Assembly (NCBI RefSeq): GCF_910592395.1
Contig: NC_088308.1
Coordinates: forward strand, 2,046,001 to 2,110,000
Source of the DNA: Lineus longissimus
Lineage: Eukaryota
Reading direction: 5' to 3'
DNA: 64,000 nucleotides
Position numbers and translations under genes: made by a program. Of this stretch, positions 1 through 14,768 are shown in pieces. Below the pieces are notes generated by a model that searched no databases, was not told where the DNA came from, and saw only the letters and a program-made list of their open reading frames with translations. How positions within the stretch are numbered: position 1 is the first letter of the stretch; every line of letters starts with the position of its first letter.

Positions 1-3000
1 ATTTCGGATGGACTTAATTAAAAAGCTGTACACAGAAGTGGTAATCCGCTGTAATGAATAAGATTAGTGGCGACATTAGCGACGAGGGAGCACGACTGGA
101 ATGGAAGCGCATGGCTTATGGGGGTTGTAACGGCTTCACTGTCAAGGGAACCGTGAGATTGCATGCTATGTTGGTCGTAAGTAATCAACTGTGGTATCAT
201 CTGATCGAGGTCCAAACTGCTTAGCACCTAGCTCGCCAAATCATCGCGCCAAGGCAAACGTGTTAGTTTTCTTTCACACTGAGCTGCTTTCGGAATCCGC
301 TATCACACTTCGCTGATCCTCCGTGTTCCTACTGTAATCAGAGAGTCGGACGATAGGCCATGTCTTAACTAAAAAAAGCCCATAACATGCATAAAAGAAA
401 CTCCGCCGTCATGGCCATGATGCACTTCCGCTCAGTCTCTAGACCTCCTCGCAGAACAGACAGCAGGTAAGCATGACCTCTAAGTCCGTCACCGCTACAC
501 TGACACTGTTGCCTCCCAATTCTGATTTCTGATGAGTTTTCTGATTTACTGTGTATGAACATGAATGATTGACAAAGTAAGCTTCGAGGATGAAATCAGG
601 CGAAAATATCATCGATTCTCTCCGTGAAGTCATAGCGTGGACATTTCCCTCAAATCCGAGTGTCCAGCGAGAGACCCAATGTGCGTGAATTAGAAGCTAA
701 CGTGGAAGCGACCTGCCTATAGACAACACTGAGTCATTACAATACATGTTGATACCCTGACCATATTCTCTAGAGAGTAGGCGAGACACCGGATATTGAC
801 GTGGAAAGCATTTCCAGGAAACCAAACTCGGAACTGTCTGAGACCTAATCCTTCGGTATCTCCCGAGATCCGTAGACAAAATCTAATTTGCCAACAATAT
901 GACATGATCACCAATATTCCCATCGATTCTATCTGCAGAGAGATCCTAAGAGATGGCGAAGACAACTATATACATTGAATACGGGTTTCGCGAGACTTGG
1001 ACGATATTTCTATCTTATCCTGTTGAAGACCAAAGGTCAGAAATGGAGGAGTCTGTAAGAAAACCTGGAATGGTGAATCACCCGAGGAAGAACTGTTGGA
1101 GGGCAGAACAATGATTTGTCGTGCTCAACTTAGCTGAATCATGGTCATTTGGGCGCGCTTTGTTTTGTGGCAGGCGATGACGTCTCGTGAAACCACTCAT
1201 TCTTTTTCGCCGACTGAAGGATACTCGCCAAAACATTAACATCCAACATTTTCCTATTCTCAAGAGGCATTAGCACGCAACTTTCGCTAAGAAATACGAT
1301 TACCAGAAGACTATGTGAAAATCGGTTTCATTTGGTCGCTTTCGGTTTGAGTTAGTAGTCTATTGCTATACATTAGCTCGGCAAATTACATTGAATACTC
1401 TCGAGGCTTACGTGATCGAATTTACGTTGTTAGACAGTTACCTATTGTCAGCTAAGGTGGTTCCACTTCTAGTTTATCGAACTTGTCTACCACCTTCGCT
1501 TTCGTTAACACTTTTGTATAAGAAATACCCGTGATGCAATTCCCTTCAGCACAAGGTTGTGCTCTGGACAATATAGAGGCATATGTTCCTTAATATCTTA
1601 CCGAATTTCAGAACGTATGTTGTGAAATGTCATCTTATTCCAAACGCTCAGAGAAAATATGCCCACTATTTGATACTTTTATCCAAAAACGCTGCCAAAG
1701 CGGATTTTTGTGTTTGAGTAGGCTCCAGTAATGAGTCAATGCAGTGCCGTACACTGCAGCGTTTTCACCATACCATGGACTGCAATGTACATGCACTGCG
1801 CAGTGTAACGCAGACTGTAAGGTCATGTGTATATCAGAACATTGTCTATAAATAGCCCCATCAATTCCTTGAAGGGTTACCACTACTGCTACAGTATGGC
1901 AACACTGTTTTTGGTTTCCCCATTTGGCATCTCCTCTACCCCTGAACATCATCTGCCGTAAAGCAAACTCCAGTAAAGTCCAGTTATTGCCGCCGAATAT
2001 TTTATTCATTGCTCCCACAACTATATATTTTGTGTTGGGAATTGATTCGCTCTGGTTGTTGCTCTATAAATAGCGCATCTTGCCAAAATATATTTGCGCA
2101 GGGAGTGCGATCGATGGAGAAGATGTACTTGGTAGCGCCTTAGATGAGATAGCTGAAGATTCCTGCTGTATTTACATGAAAATTGAAGGACTTCCGACTC
2201 CTTAGATGTCTCAGGGTGCGATGCGATTTTCTTCCCGGTGGTTTGGACAACTATTGCTGCGAGGTGATGGCTTTTAAATGATAGATACATGTAGTTGCAT
2301 TACTTTATAGTTTTAATGGCTTTTGACAGTAAGCAAGATAGCCACTGGACAACGGATTAAAACGAACTGCGTATACCCACGTTTTGTGTACACCATACAT
2401 AGCCTGTCACTGCGCAGTTTCTGACATTCGTTCACGTTCAGTCGTTTTCACATGAGGTATCCAAACCTTATTTGTTAGATTACACTCGAAACGAGGCGAT
2501 GACTGAAGAAAAGCCCGATAGTGAGCGAGGTTGGGATTTTGAGAGTTGTCCATACCGTCCTTTTTTCGGACACCACCGCATGGCCCAGAAACGAACAACA
2601 AAGGCAGCAGCTGCCGGGAACCAAAATGAAAGACACTCAAATCCGTTATGGAAACACACTTGTGGATGTACCTGAAAGCAAAGAGTCCTTAGCTGAAATC
2701 TCGACCATGGCCACCGGATATTTGATTTGTGATTGGACCATCGCTCATCAGCATGCTCCCGAAATTGGTTTGCATTATTGATACATCCCGCCACAGGGAC
2801 GAGGTGACCAGTTCCCCATGCTATCATTTGCGTTTTATGGTCAAATGACGTGCCACGGCAATAGCAGCACAAATAATGTATAACGCCCAAACTTCTCCCG
2901 GAGGTAAGACATATGAAATATACTCAACAGAATGCACTTAGAGATGACAAATACAATAAGTCTGGCAGCGTAGATGAAATGAATAGAACACGATTGCAAA

Positions 3001-5159
3001 TTGGCTTCTTTTTAAATAAATTGCATTGTATTTCTTTGGAAATAACAAAGGAGAAACTCGTTTCTAAAGGAAGCAATTCTCGTCAGAGTTTACTCGCTAC
3101 AGAAATGACTAGAAAGGCAATGCTACAACAATCGACTGCGCGTCTTCAATCTTTATTATGAAGTACATTGCATCTTCTTGTCTTGTTAAGCACTCGAGAT
3201 AACGTCCGATGAATAAGATGATGGGAAGTTGCGTGATGTGCAATATACTCCAAGGGGTGCACTCATCGACGACGAATAGCAATATTGCCAGAAAGGGGAA
3301 ATTAATTGAAAATGATTACAGTTTTGTTTATTTTTATTCTGTAATGGGAATAACAAAGGTAAACATCTCTTTATTAAAAGAGTGAATGGCTGTCATCAGT
3401 CTCATTGTATAAAGATGGGAGATGATATTGATACAGTAATCGAAAAGTGCCTTTATCATAGTGCATTCTTGTCCATTAAAGGGAGGGTGGAAAGAGCTGC
3501 CTAGCAACAACGATACATATACTTCTAGTTGCTACTTGCGACTGTAATCAGTGACCTGGGATCCTCTCGAGCCCGACTTTACCCCGCACTGCTTCTTTAA
3601 AGGCCATTATTTCACCACCAAGCTTTTATCCTCCACAGGCCCTAGAGGCAACCAAGATAAAATGCCAGATGAGAACTTTGGAGAGCCAACTAAGACAAGG
3701 TCAAGACTATCATTCTGTAAGGTTGAGGGTTGAGGCAGCCAGAGTGATAATAAAAACTGTGCGGTCAACGCGGCGGATGGAACAAGCTCACAGTGTTAAC
3801 TTAAGTACCAAAAGTAAGAAAGTACATTACGCCCAAGAGAAATATGTTGAAGATGATTTAGCTGCAGAGCAGCAAAGCACTCATCGTCAAGGTCACTCCT
3901 TTATGACTAGAAATAATTACATTAGGGTAACTACCATAAGAAAGCCTACAAGCTCAGATGACACCACAGGGTGACATCCAGCTTACGTTAATGGTATCAG
4001 AAGAAAACGACTGTCATCCGCGTGTGGTTCCTCAGCTCCTTTTATGTTTTTTAATACCCTTGCCAGTAACTAGATCCTAAATGGCGCAGTATCCTATTAA
4101 AAGCATCTGCGGTTGCTAATCTTTGCTTTACTGTAAGTTTCAACCTTGCACTGATAGATTAGTGGACATGATCTGAGGTTTAGAGCTTTTCATATCTTCA
4201 TCACACAGTGTGCCACAAAATAGACCGGAAGGGTGCCTTTGCTAATGTCATAGAATTCACGTTGTCTAAGGTTTGTCCTTTCCCAGCCACCGTACATGTC
4301 AAAGGAAAGAACCATATCATTTCTTTTATGAAGGCACCCCGATGCTCCGTCTGAAGAAAACGAGATTACGGTGACATCAGCGAGACGAAGAGCCAGTAAC
4401 AGAATTGGGCATCAGTTGAGAAGGTGTCCGCTGAGAGAGATTAGTTTCTCCTGATTCAGTTTTGCGGTATGATAGGACGGAAAAGGCGAAGATAAAAAGG
4501 AATTTCAGCGTAATATAGTTGATGTATACGTTGACCAGAAAAAGTCGATAAGGTACCTAATTTGTCCAAGTTATACTTTGTTCCCTCTTCAGTGCCTTGA
4601 GGATCACTCGGCCATTTTTACATAAATGTGGTGAGATTTAACCAACTAAGGATAGTCTCCTCTTCGCAGGACTGTAGCCTAGGGCAAGCTGGTCCGTTCA
4701 GCCTTTGCGATACCAAACTCTTGGAGGCCAAACTACTATAGTAAATTTGTTGGAGGGAAGATAAAATACAAGTAAAAAATTCTCGTCAAAAGACAGAGCC
4801 GTTTATAGTTCGGTTCGATTCCCTGACAATTAGGATGATAAAATGCTAAGTGCCAATGGAAATACGTGTACTGTACATGTATCGTCATGCCCTTTGAGAT
4901 AACACTGCAAGTCGTTCCTAATGAAATCACGGATCGTCATCTTTCCAACGGACACCAAGCTTTGTCTTTGTCCAGATACCAGGGATTGGCCTTACATTAT
5001 GATATCAAGACGGTTGATGGTTACTAATGGGATTTTATAGAGCTAATATGAAGGAATGGTATACAGTAATTTGGTCCGATGCTAATGCAGTCGAATTATA
5101 TCTGGAGACTTGGGCTGAGGACATTATGAGAATATGTTTCTGATCAGCAATTGTAGTCC

Positions 5160-5233
5160 GTCCCTGTGGCTCAATCAGTTAGCGCGCCCGGCTGTTAACC
5201 GAAAGGTTGATGGTTCGAGCCGACCCAGGGACG
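5160..5233 (+). pseudogene. tRNA-Asn(GTT)-derived gene, probably a pseudogene
   Basis: GTCCCTG/CAGGGAC acceptor stem, anticodon loop CTGTTAA, GGTTCGAGCC B-box, T5 run at 5238-5242. However, the D stem (GCTC/GCGC), anticodon stem (CCCGG/CCGAA) and T stem (GATGG/CGACC) carry mismatches, and the D-loop GG is changed to AG. Confidence 0.8.
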
Positions 5234-5713
5234 AGACTTTTTAGGCGAATTCTTGACCTGTTTTGTTTTGTTTTGTCAACATCTTGCAACTTTGACTGCC
5301 AGACCTTTATTATATCATGCGATTTTGTATCAAATTTACTTTGGCTGAGCGTACCATGGCAACTAATGAAAGTTCGGACACAACAGAAGTACCCTGATTG
5401 CATATTCTTGTTCATGTTTGGATAATATTACCAGAACAAACCAGAATATCGGTTCATCACCTCTTGTTGACTTGTATCCACCTTCAAATAGCAAAACGTG
5501 CCAGGTTCGTGAGGGCAGAATTTACTTATACGGTCAAAGTAGCCTAAAATAGCCAGGATGATAATTGTTGGTCAGTACTTACAGGTCATTCACTCTTTCA
5601 ACAATGATTGCGCACGATCAAAAGTGATCCATGCAGCTTTCATATGATAGAGCCAACAACTGGGATACCACATGTTCATTGTGATTGGTGGTTAGTATTT
5701 ACCGGCCACTTAC

Positions 5714-6018
5714 CCTTTCAACATAGATTGCTTTTGCACGAACAAATGGAATCCAGCTTTCATATGGCAGAGTAAATATACCGGATTGACTCGTGTTCTC
5801 AATCCATTTGATATTGGAAGGAGAGTCACACATCTATCAATGGCACCGGTTTCTTTACAGAAGACAATGGGTACTCGCTTGCTCGTCTTCTCAATTGTTT
5901 TCGCGACTCTAAGTACCTCGATTCGATCCACCTGTTCGAAATGACTATACAGCTCGGACATTTCGCAATAAGCTGTTCTCTTCTCCTTGTGTTTGCTAAA
6001 ACATCGACGTTGCTGTAT
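5714..6018 (-). other. Candidate exon of unknown gene
   Basis: Minus-strand acceptor CTTTTCCCTAG and donor GG|GTAAGT bracket 305 nt that are open in one frame (IQQRRCFSKHKEKRTAYCEMSELYSHF...QSMLK). No recognisable homology. Confidence 0.25.
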
Positions 6019-8067
6019 CTAGGGAAAAGAGTCTGTATGGTAATACTAATTCAGTTATCCTAAACGTGATCTCGTTAATTCTCGACAGGCGAGATAATCT
6101 AATTCAAATTGTGGAACGGGCGTTGATTAGGGATTGCGTTACTGTCGGTCTTTGTTATTGTGTTCTACTAATTCAAGATTCTTGAAGAATCTGTGAAGCA
6201 ATTTGGAATATCTTCACGGTCTTTAAGGCAAGGCAATGCCCTTCCAAAGATAGCTGCCGAGTTGGTCGACCGCCATTTTGAACTGCTCCCGACCAATCAG
6301 CGTGTTTCCCTATTCGTCAGGAATACGAAAGAAGTGTACATACATCAGTACATGCGTACATAATTTTAGCAGCTTCTGTGGGTTAGCGAGATGACATCTA
6401 GAAATGGGATTACATGTTCAAGAAATCCTTCTTCGAACCGATCCGAACCGAGGCATGCGATGGTGAATCTCCAGGGTGTTAAAACGCGGTGGTTATTTAG
6501 AGAGATTTGCCATAAATCATATTGGGTGTGATCCCCTTCATCCAGTCAGATAAGAAAATCGAAATGATAGATGACATACAGCGCTGTGAGTGGGACTGCA
6601 GCAGCGGAATGTGGTCAACAGGAGTAAAACTTGGATGTCAAGGCGTCTCTCGGGTGTATTGGCGAAATACTTCTTTTATTGTCTAAAATGTCGAGATTTT
6701 CTTGTCGGCAATATATCGTATTTTGCGAGACCATTCTATCATCTTGCTTAGAAATGTCCAAACCCGAATGTCAATTGATGGTGTTTCTAATAACTTTTGA
6801 AATTATTATTTCCGACCATAATGGAAACAACCATGTTTTTTTGCATACCAGAGGTACGGATCCTACATATCTATAAATCCAAACTTCAAAGAAATCAAAC
6901 CAGTAGTTCACGCTCCAGAGCTCCCAACGATGCGGACAAAACGTTATGAATGGACTTTAGTTGATTCAGAAAACACCCTGCTGCCTTCAAAATAGAAACG
7001 CATTTGATGTTATCATTCCTCGTGTTCATTGAATCAAAATGCTCTCACTCTGGCTCTAAATCTCTAAGATTATTGCTCTGGAATGTTTTTGCAATTGCTT
7101 CTTCTGTCGATCAATATTCAATTCTGCCGGGACAAAATGGAACTGTGTCAATAAGGTGGGCGAATGGCAACGGGCGATAATTGGTGCCTCCTCGTAAACG
7201 AGTTCTATCTTCAAACACTGCCATTTCGACAAAAGATATATGCTCGCCAACGCTTGCGATTTTCCAGTGTAATGCGATTTCGAATCCATTTCAAAATTTT
7301 GCGATTTTTGCATTGGTACAAAGCACTACCATGCACGGTTGGAATCGCATTTGGTGGAAATCGATCCTGGCCCATCGTGAGGAAATCGGGGATTATGTTG
7401 GCATGCGATTCCTTGATAATAGTTCTGCCCTCAATTTCAATGGCCAATTGCGAAAGCCAAAGCCAAAGCGAACATGAACACCTGATTTCTTTAGGATGAC
7501 CCTCACCTGCCATAAGCCGAAGACAACCATGCGGCCAGCGACACATTATTCAATATTGGTCAAAAGCGGTCCTCGCGTGTAAAAATGTAATTTCGTGATC
7601 TGATCGTTCTGCTCAGTCTTGATGGCACTTTTAACCTCGGGCGACGGGCCGAGATGAAAGGAGGAAAATGATTCCGCTACAGATACTGAAGGCAATCAGT
7701 TGACATGGATGGCCAATATTAGTCTAGCCAGAAACTTCCATGAGGACACCAATAATTGAATCAAATGAATCCGAAGAAGTTCTTTATGATCATTGCGAGA
7801 AACGGGTGAAAATTTGGATGATAGCTTAATCTCATGAGGCATGAGGCAAAATCTCATTCAGTGAAAATCTACCAAATGAGCAGAATTCAAAGCATGTGGC
7901 AGAAATCTGGCAAATAAAGTTTCCTCAACAAAAACATTGGAATTCACAATGGGGTATCAATCATCCTCACTCTCGAACAGCTTCAAAAACTTGATTAAGA
8001 GAATAGAAAGCATAAAAACGTTACCGTGCCCACAATAACAAGGTAGAGAGGCTTAGCCTTGCGTGTG

Positions 8068-8153
8068 ATGACGTCCCAAGGGTAACTTCTCCAATTGCCA
8101 ACTCTCGCGAGATTTCATTAGTATTTCCCGAGACTTGAGATCGGCGCCATGTT
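8068..8153. promoter_or_regulatory. Promoter-like motif cluster (TGACGTC, TCTCGCGAGA, YY1-like AACATGGCG)
   Basis: Perfect TCTCGCGAGA palindrome at 8103-8112, CGCCATGTT at 8145-8153 and a CRE-like TGACGTC near 8068, all within about 90 bp. Confidence 0.35.
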
Positions 8154-11100
8154 TGGTAATTGCCATGGTGATTGTATTATTGTGCGCATCTCGTGGGCTT
8201 CGGAACTCAAATTGAAATTTTCAATCCGTTCAACTTTGCCATTTATTAATGTCTTGGGAGGACGTGACAAATACAATTAAAACGCCTCAGAAGAAAAGCT
8301 CATCAGGTTTTATTCCCGATAACTTGCGAGAAAGCCGCTGTATTTTCTTTAATTTAGGATGCAAATGGCGTTTCTTTCATCTCCATGTTTCTTTTTCACT
8401 GAATTTGTTCAAGTTGAATTTCTCTGTGGATACGGTTGAGGAAACAGAGTACGGATTATTAGGGAAGGAAAATGGGAACTTCTTTGTGTGACATCAACTG
8501 GTCGATACTCACAATGTATGACACAGTTTATGCGAATGATAAACAGAAAGGTTAGGGAGATGTCATTTGGGGGTATCGCAACCAGATATGACAAATCGGA
8601 TCAAGAAATGATTGATGGCGTCCTCTTGGACAATGGCTGTGTCCGCGATACGTCCCTTCAGATGAGAGATAATGTCCTGGATTACACTCAGAGCCTGTTA
8701 CTGTCGTTGTAGCTTATTAGATTTTGTTTCTAAGTGGATTCGGGATGTCACAAACGCCTTGACCACCTCTCTGTCAGCTAAGTACAAATCTGTTTGCATA
8801 GACAAAATTGAGCAGATTGGTTACCATATGTATAGGGTGAAACTGGAGAACGACTGTTGCTCCCATGGCAGCTATATAGCTGTTTGAGTCTAGAGGACCT
8901 CGGGATGTCAAACACGCCTCCTTCGATGCGCCTTTGACAACTGCAGAATTGGCCAAGCACCTTTAATAGTATAGTTGACTCCGTGATTGATTACGCACTG
9001 TATGAGGAAACTGATCGATTTCATGTACTTATACTTCCGGTTCGGCCATGGATTTTGCGGCATTTTCTCAAGATTGTCTTGATATCCTGCCGACATCTTT
9101 TGATTTTGGTATACATGTACTTGCAAATACTTACCAATATGTGGAACCTTTTCACGAAGTAGAAGTACTTCTATACATGTGCATTTGAAGATGTCGCTCG
9201 GGTTTCTTACATCCACTAGACACTATAGAGATGTCTTTTCTGAAATATCACCACATTACTGTGGACTACTGAATGTTATTCCAAGGTCCGGGAGTTGGGC
9301 TGAATGACACAATGTCACAACAAGGAAAATCATGTTGATGAATTGCGTGAATGTCCGGGCGTAAATCACTTAGCAAGTGGCGGGGATGTTCTACCTAGTA
9401 TCACGATAACTGCTTGACTCTAGGTGATACCGAATCGACAAGTGGCATGCCACTGAACCAGACACATGTCTAATGCTTCATGTGTGTTCACGACACAACA
9501 GAAATATTCTATTGCAAAATTGAAAATGTCTCTACAATTAATCGAATCTAAACCAAAACCCGCTAGATTCCCTCATCCACACTCACGGTCTATGCACAGT
9601 AACACTCAGTCTCCAATATCGAGGATGACAATTTCGTCACAACCACTAATGGACAATTTCCGGTCGCACAAAGCAATAAAAACTCTTGTTGTGGATTTTG
9701 CGGCAAAAGTGGACGTTGCAGAATATTTCACGCGCTGTAATAATATTATGAAGTTTGTAAATGTTGACTTTGTTCTCTGTGTTTCTTCTCAAGGGAGTGT
9801 CAATATTTTAATACTCGTTTGAGACTTCATTCGCAAGAACGTGTTTACACTGAGACCAAATGAATCAAGAGGAGTTGAAATAGCCCAGCGGGTAGTACTG
9901 AGTAGTTGACTTACTTCAAATTAATGCCTTAACGTGTTTTTTTGTGTGTGGAATACCAATTAAATCTGATGAATAAGTAATAAGATAATGAAGAGAAAAG
10001 TATCGATTATATGTCTGTGGACTTAGTTTGTGAATGTTTTACGTGCACTAACTGCTTATGTCAGAATGTAATTCCATGCAAACACACCTTTTATACAGTT
10101 TTATGATGAATATTGATAATCATCATTATTAATAGCAGTAGATCCTGACACAATGATCTACTGCTAAAGTGTTATAGGACATATTTCATGCCGATATACA
10201 GGACTTTACTGTGGTGACAGTTAAATGACACAAGCGAGGATCCAGGACACAGGCAGGTTTGCTTCTGCTGGGCAACCTGAATAACGACCGATATTCTAGC
10301 ATTGTATTTATCGTCTGCCAATCTGCAAAAAACCTCCACCGATTTCCCAAGCGGTTAATGTAATCATCGTGTTCAAGTGTTGTTCTACAAGTTTTTTTAT
10401 GAAACTAATCATTGCGATGGAATGGGTAAATATGTTTTGCGAACAAACATGCCGAGCTATGAAACTGTACAGAGTGTACGGATTAAGTGGACCATGTTCG
10501 CAATATCGACATTAAAGACCCTTAATAACACATCAAGCTTGAAGAGTTGTAATGTAGCACGTATTAATGAGAAATTACTCAATGAAATGGACAAAGCGAT
10601 ATGGTAAATGATGCATCGTTCTATGGGTGTGGTCGACGTGAAATGACACGAAAGAATAATAGCGCTTGGAACTCTATACCAACAAGTCAAGCTTTTTCCT
10701 TCATTATTGATACATTCTGTAGTGAAACAGTTTGATCGAAGTCAGAAAGCACATAAGTCAGTCGAGTAGGCTCATCCCAATTGTCAAGTATTTTGCCATC
10801 TACGTATATATGCAGCTCATAGAACTGTTCATCTGGCTGTTTCTGATCATGATTGACACTCTATTAGAATATGACCAAGACAAATAATATGATTTGTACC
10901 GACTTCAGACTGCGTGGTGATGGGATTTGTCAATTTCCAAATTAAAGGGGGATTTGTAACACGGCAACGGATGGCTCTTGCTAACATGGTGGATGAGCGC
11001 ATATTCCCCTCGCAAAAAATCTGTCATAACCAGTACTCGTTTTTTCTCCGAGGCAATGCTTTATAACATCTACCTCACATCGAATTCGGATGAAACAGGA

Positions 11101-14100
11101 CATGACCTTGAAATATCATTCAGTTCATAGTAGTTCAGTTTAGTCTCCTCTTCATTTACTTCTCCAACCAGACCATAAGCACAGCTCATTACTCTCAATC
11201 AATGTAATCAATCAGCCCATCCATGTACAGTTAACCTTTCTGTCCGATGACAATCTATACATTGTGTGTCTCAGAGAATCTCCAACAATAACCATATAAT
11301 TCTCCCTATCTATTTCAATTACAATTTGCAAGCCTGGCTTTCCCGACCAAGTGGGGTGCATATTAGGACAAGATGTACAGTCATCAACAGTGCAAAAGAT
11401 GTACTGTACATTCAATGCTTGAGCACTATATACATGTACATGGTCGACAGCGCAGTTTGCACCGATCAGCATTAACTTTAGTTAACTCTATAGTTCGCTG
11501 TGTTAGGTAAAAAAATAATCTGACAGGCTAATTGAGAGTAAAACTTAAAAAGAAAGGTAATGGAAAGTCTAGCTTTACTCGAGCTGTCTGCATTTCATTT
11601 TTTAACTTTCAAGTCGGTTCCCACGTTTATGATATCATTGACTTCAGTTGAGGCCCGATATAGAAACTCCAAGTTTGATGGTTTGAGATACAAGCCGAAG
11701 ATACGAACACGAACCTATGTGATCCTCACACCACAGCCGTCAATTGATCTAATGATTTTTCGCAGGTTAGCAATGATGACTGACTTTTGTTTACACTTTT
11801 AGAGATAACATAGGCACCAATGTTGCTGAACGATCAAGTGCAAGGTTTCGCATCAGTCTCAGAAGGATTTCAAAGATTTAGGAAAATTGAAGTCGGGATG
11901 TGGCTTCAAGTAAGGCAGTCTGCCACAACAATATTTCAACTCCTTCGCATGTGAGAGCACCAAAGCTAGATGAGAAGATAACGGAAAGTATGAACTTACG
12001 GATTATGACGGGCAGTTCAGTTGCTACGTAATCGCCGTTCCTACTGTTTGCAATAAAGTGATGGCACCGTGCGTGTCGCATATCAGCAATACCCAGTCGC
12101 CGGCGGACTCCAGCTAAAACGAGAAAAGATAGAATGTGGTTGAAAATATTGAAATGTTAAAAGTGGAAGTTAGAAGTTGCACCTGAATTAAAAGTATTAC
12201 CAAGCTCAAATCAAGTGTTTGCCAGTTAGGCACAGAGTAAACCTTGCGTTCAAAAGAGTAGTATGTGCACCCTGCCCCGTTATAATTCCATAAAAGCCTT
12301 CGCCTGGCTGAAAAAGAAACTGGTTTCTTTCGTATCCAACCAATCACTATCGGGCTCAGGCAAGCCTGTTTGGTATAGAAATTCTAATTTACGGCCTAGT
12401 GGCTTATGTGTTACTTCTGAAATTGCACGAAACGAGAAGTCGCGTCGAAAAGCTACAATTTATGTACATATCACCATGAAAGGAGATGATTTGGTGATGG
12501 TCTGATGGCAACGTCGAAAAAACTCGTTCGCCAACAAATCATCTTTTCATATCCTGAACGACGAATTAGACCAATGTAACATCCCTAGCACGAATCCTCT
12601 TACGGGGAAATTGAATATCTTTCGCAGTCTGAGCGAGTGAATCTCTTCGTTTCTTCCATAAAATATCGTGGGGTGTTGATGCAAAAATCTTATCCTCAGC
12701 AAAGTACGAGTCAGTGTGACTTTACCTAACCCACTTGTACATTTCCTGTACTGTGCAGTGTTTACGTATTGGTATTCACCATGAAAGTTAGGTGGGATTG
12801 TTTTTATGAATTATTAAAGCAAGAACTCCAGTCATTTACAAGGAGTTTCCTTGCAATATTAATATTTCATGCAGGCTTGGATTTCGGTGCAGCGGTGGTC
12901 TTGTTAGACCAACTTTTCATCTTATCATGAATATTTCATAGATGGTTCCCAAGCCTTAGAGTCTTATTTCATCAGGCATGCGATTTGAATTTCTGACTTT
13001 CTGCGATTTCTCTCTTGACGTCTTAGTCGAAACCGAGTATTTTAGCAGAGTTTTCTAAAGATATCTTGCTTTTTTATGTCTTTCAATCTTCTTTTCTGGA
13101 CAGTAGGACTTGCATCTACAAGTACCACACGTAGCTAGCAAAAGGGAAAACGATCATTGCCATTGTTCTACCAAGCTTCTGTACCTTTAAGTGGAGTATC
13201 TCTATCTAAAATGTCAGGATGGGAAAGTTTACCGCGCTACTTCATTAGTACTGTCCTTTACTTGCTTTTTTGACACAGTGTGCCCAGAGCTGAACTTTCT
13301 TATATTCGCATTTTCAAAACTTAAAACGGGCCCTTTAATCATTAAGGAGAGAACGAAGTATGGTTACAGAGTTAACGATTCATCACATAAGCCAGTTACT
13401 CGCATGTATCAAAGCCGAATTTCTAAATCACCTTCACAAATAGACTTCACAGCGTTGATCACGACAGCGGCAGATTTCTCAGTTTGTCTCTTGTGCTATA
13501 ATGTTCCCTATGGGACCAGCAGTGATGGCATCGAAACCAGTTAATAACCAGGGTACCCCAGCCTTCCACCTGCCTTTCACATTATACAAAATACCTCAAA
13601 CTCATTATACTCCAGGGCTTCACAGTTTGACGCTTGACGAGGTTCTGTCAGGGCGAATGGCTCTATCAACAGATAGGTTTGAATTGGAATTTCAAACTTC
13701 ATTCCAGCAAGTCGAATAGCATGAAGCCGATTTGATAACGTGACGTCAAACTAAACTTCTTTTCCCCCCAGTTGTCATTAGTGTTCGAACGAGTTACCTT
13801 GTTATTGAAGCCAAGTCACAGTTCAAAAGTCTGATTTTAATATGCCCATTTTAATCTTGTTATGATCTGTTAATATGTCAAGTAAGCGTCCATGCCCCCC
13901 CCCCCCCCCTCGACCAAAAAACAACCACCTGAGATACATGACAGTCCATAATCCAGGCAGTAATAGATTATAGTATGATGAGGAGACCCCACGGAGCTTG
14001 AATATTAAGTCTCTTTTGGAGAATGATGACAGCGCCATAGTGTTTACTATGTTTCAATACATCAACAACGCACCGGATCGATGAGATACGTCCATGACCT

Positions 14101-14768
14101 GCTGCTTTTTTAACCATCTTTAGGTTCAATGTCAATTTATAAAATTAACCCATTTGCCCCAAAACACAAAGCTAATTAGTACAAAACTATCCTCAGAAGG
14201 CTCAACGAGACGCGAGAGGATTATTTCATACATTGTTAAAACTCCCGCGACATCGCGGAGACAAGAATGTAATCTTATTAAATTCAAATTTGATATAAAA
14301 ATAATCTGTAATGATTTCCTAGGGGAGTGCTGTGCCTTATGCTTCCCATTGGACACGGATATATAACAATGAATGGAACTTTAATAAACCATCCACAGAC
14401 CACAAAACGTGCGTCACAAGGCATCCCGGTGTACATCAAAGCAATATATCTTCGATGCTTGTGCATGATGTGAGGGGAAGGATCCTATCAAGTCCTGTTA
14501 TAAAAAAGGGCCCCGATGAATCCCAACGCAATCTTTGCCCCTTTCCCTACTCCAGCTAAAAAAGAACTATTTTGTTTATCCGTTAATAGTCTATCGGGAC
14601 GTCCCCAACCAGACCATTCCCCCTCTCTAATATTGCAGCCCAAGGGGAGAAATCAAGCAAGCAATCACAAAATCTCGGCAAACAAATCACATTCAATACG
14701 CAAACGTTAGAAAACATTACACTTTGCGAAAGGTTTGGAGTCTGATATTTGATAATAACGACTAATTA

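Noticed and set aside
6740..6945. Possible Helentron/DINE-like repeat fragment
   Set aside because: Only a vague resemblance (CCAAACTTCAAAGAAATCAAACCAGTAGTT); no termini or second copy in the window.
8488..8887. Two overlapping protein-looking ORFs (possible frameshifted pseudogene)
   Set aside because: No recognisable family or splice signals; cannot be supported without a database search.
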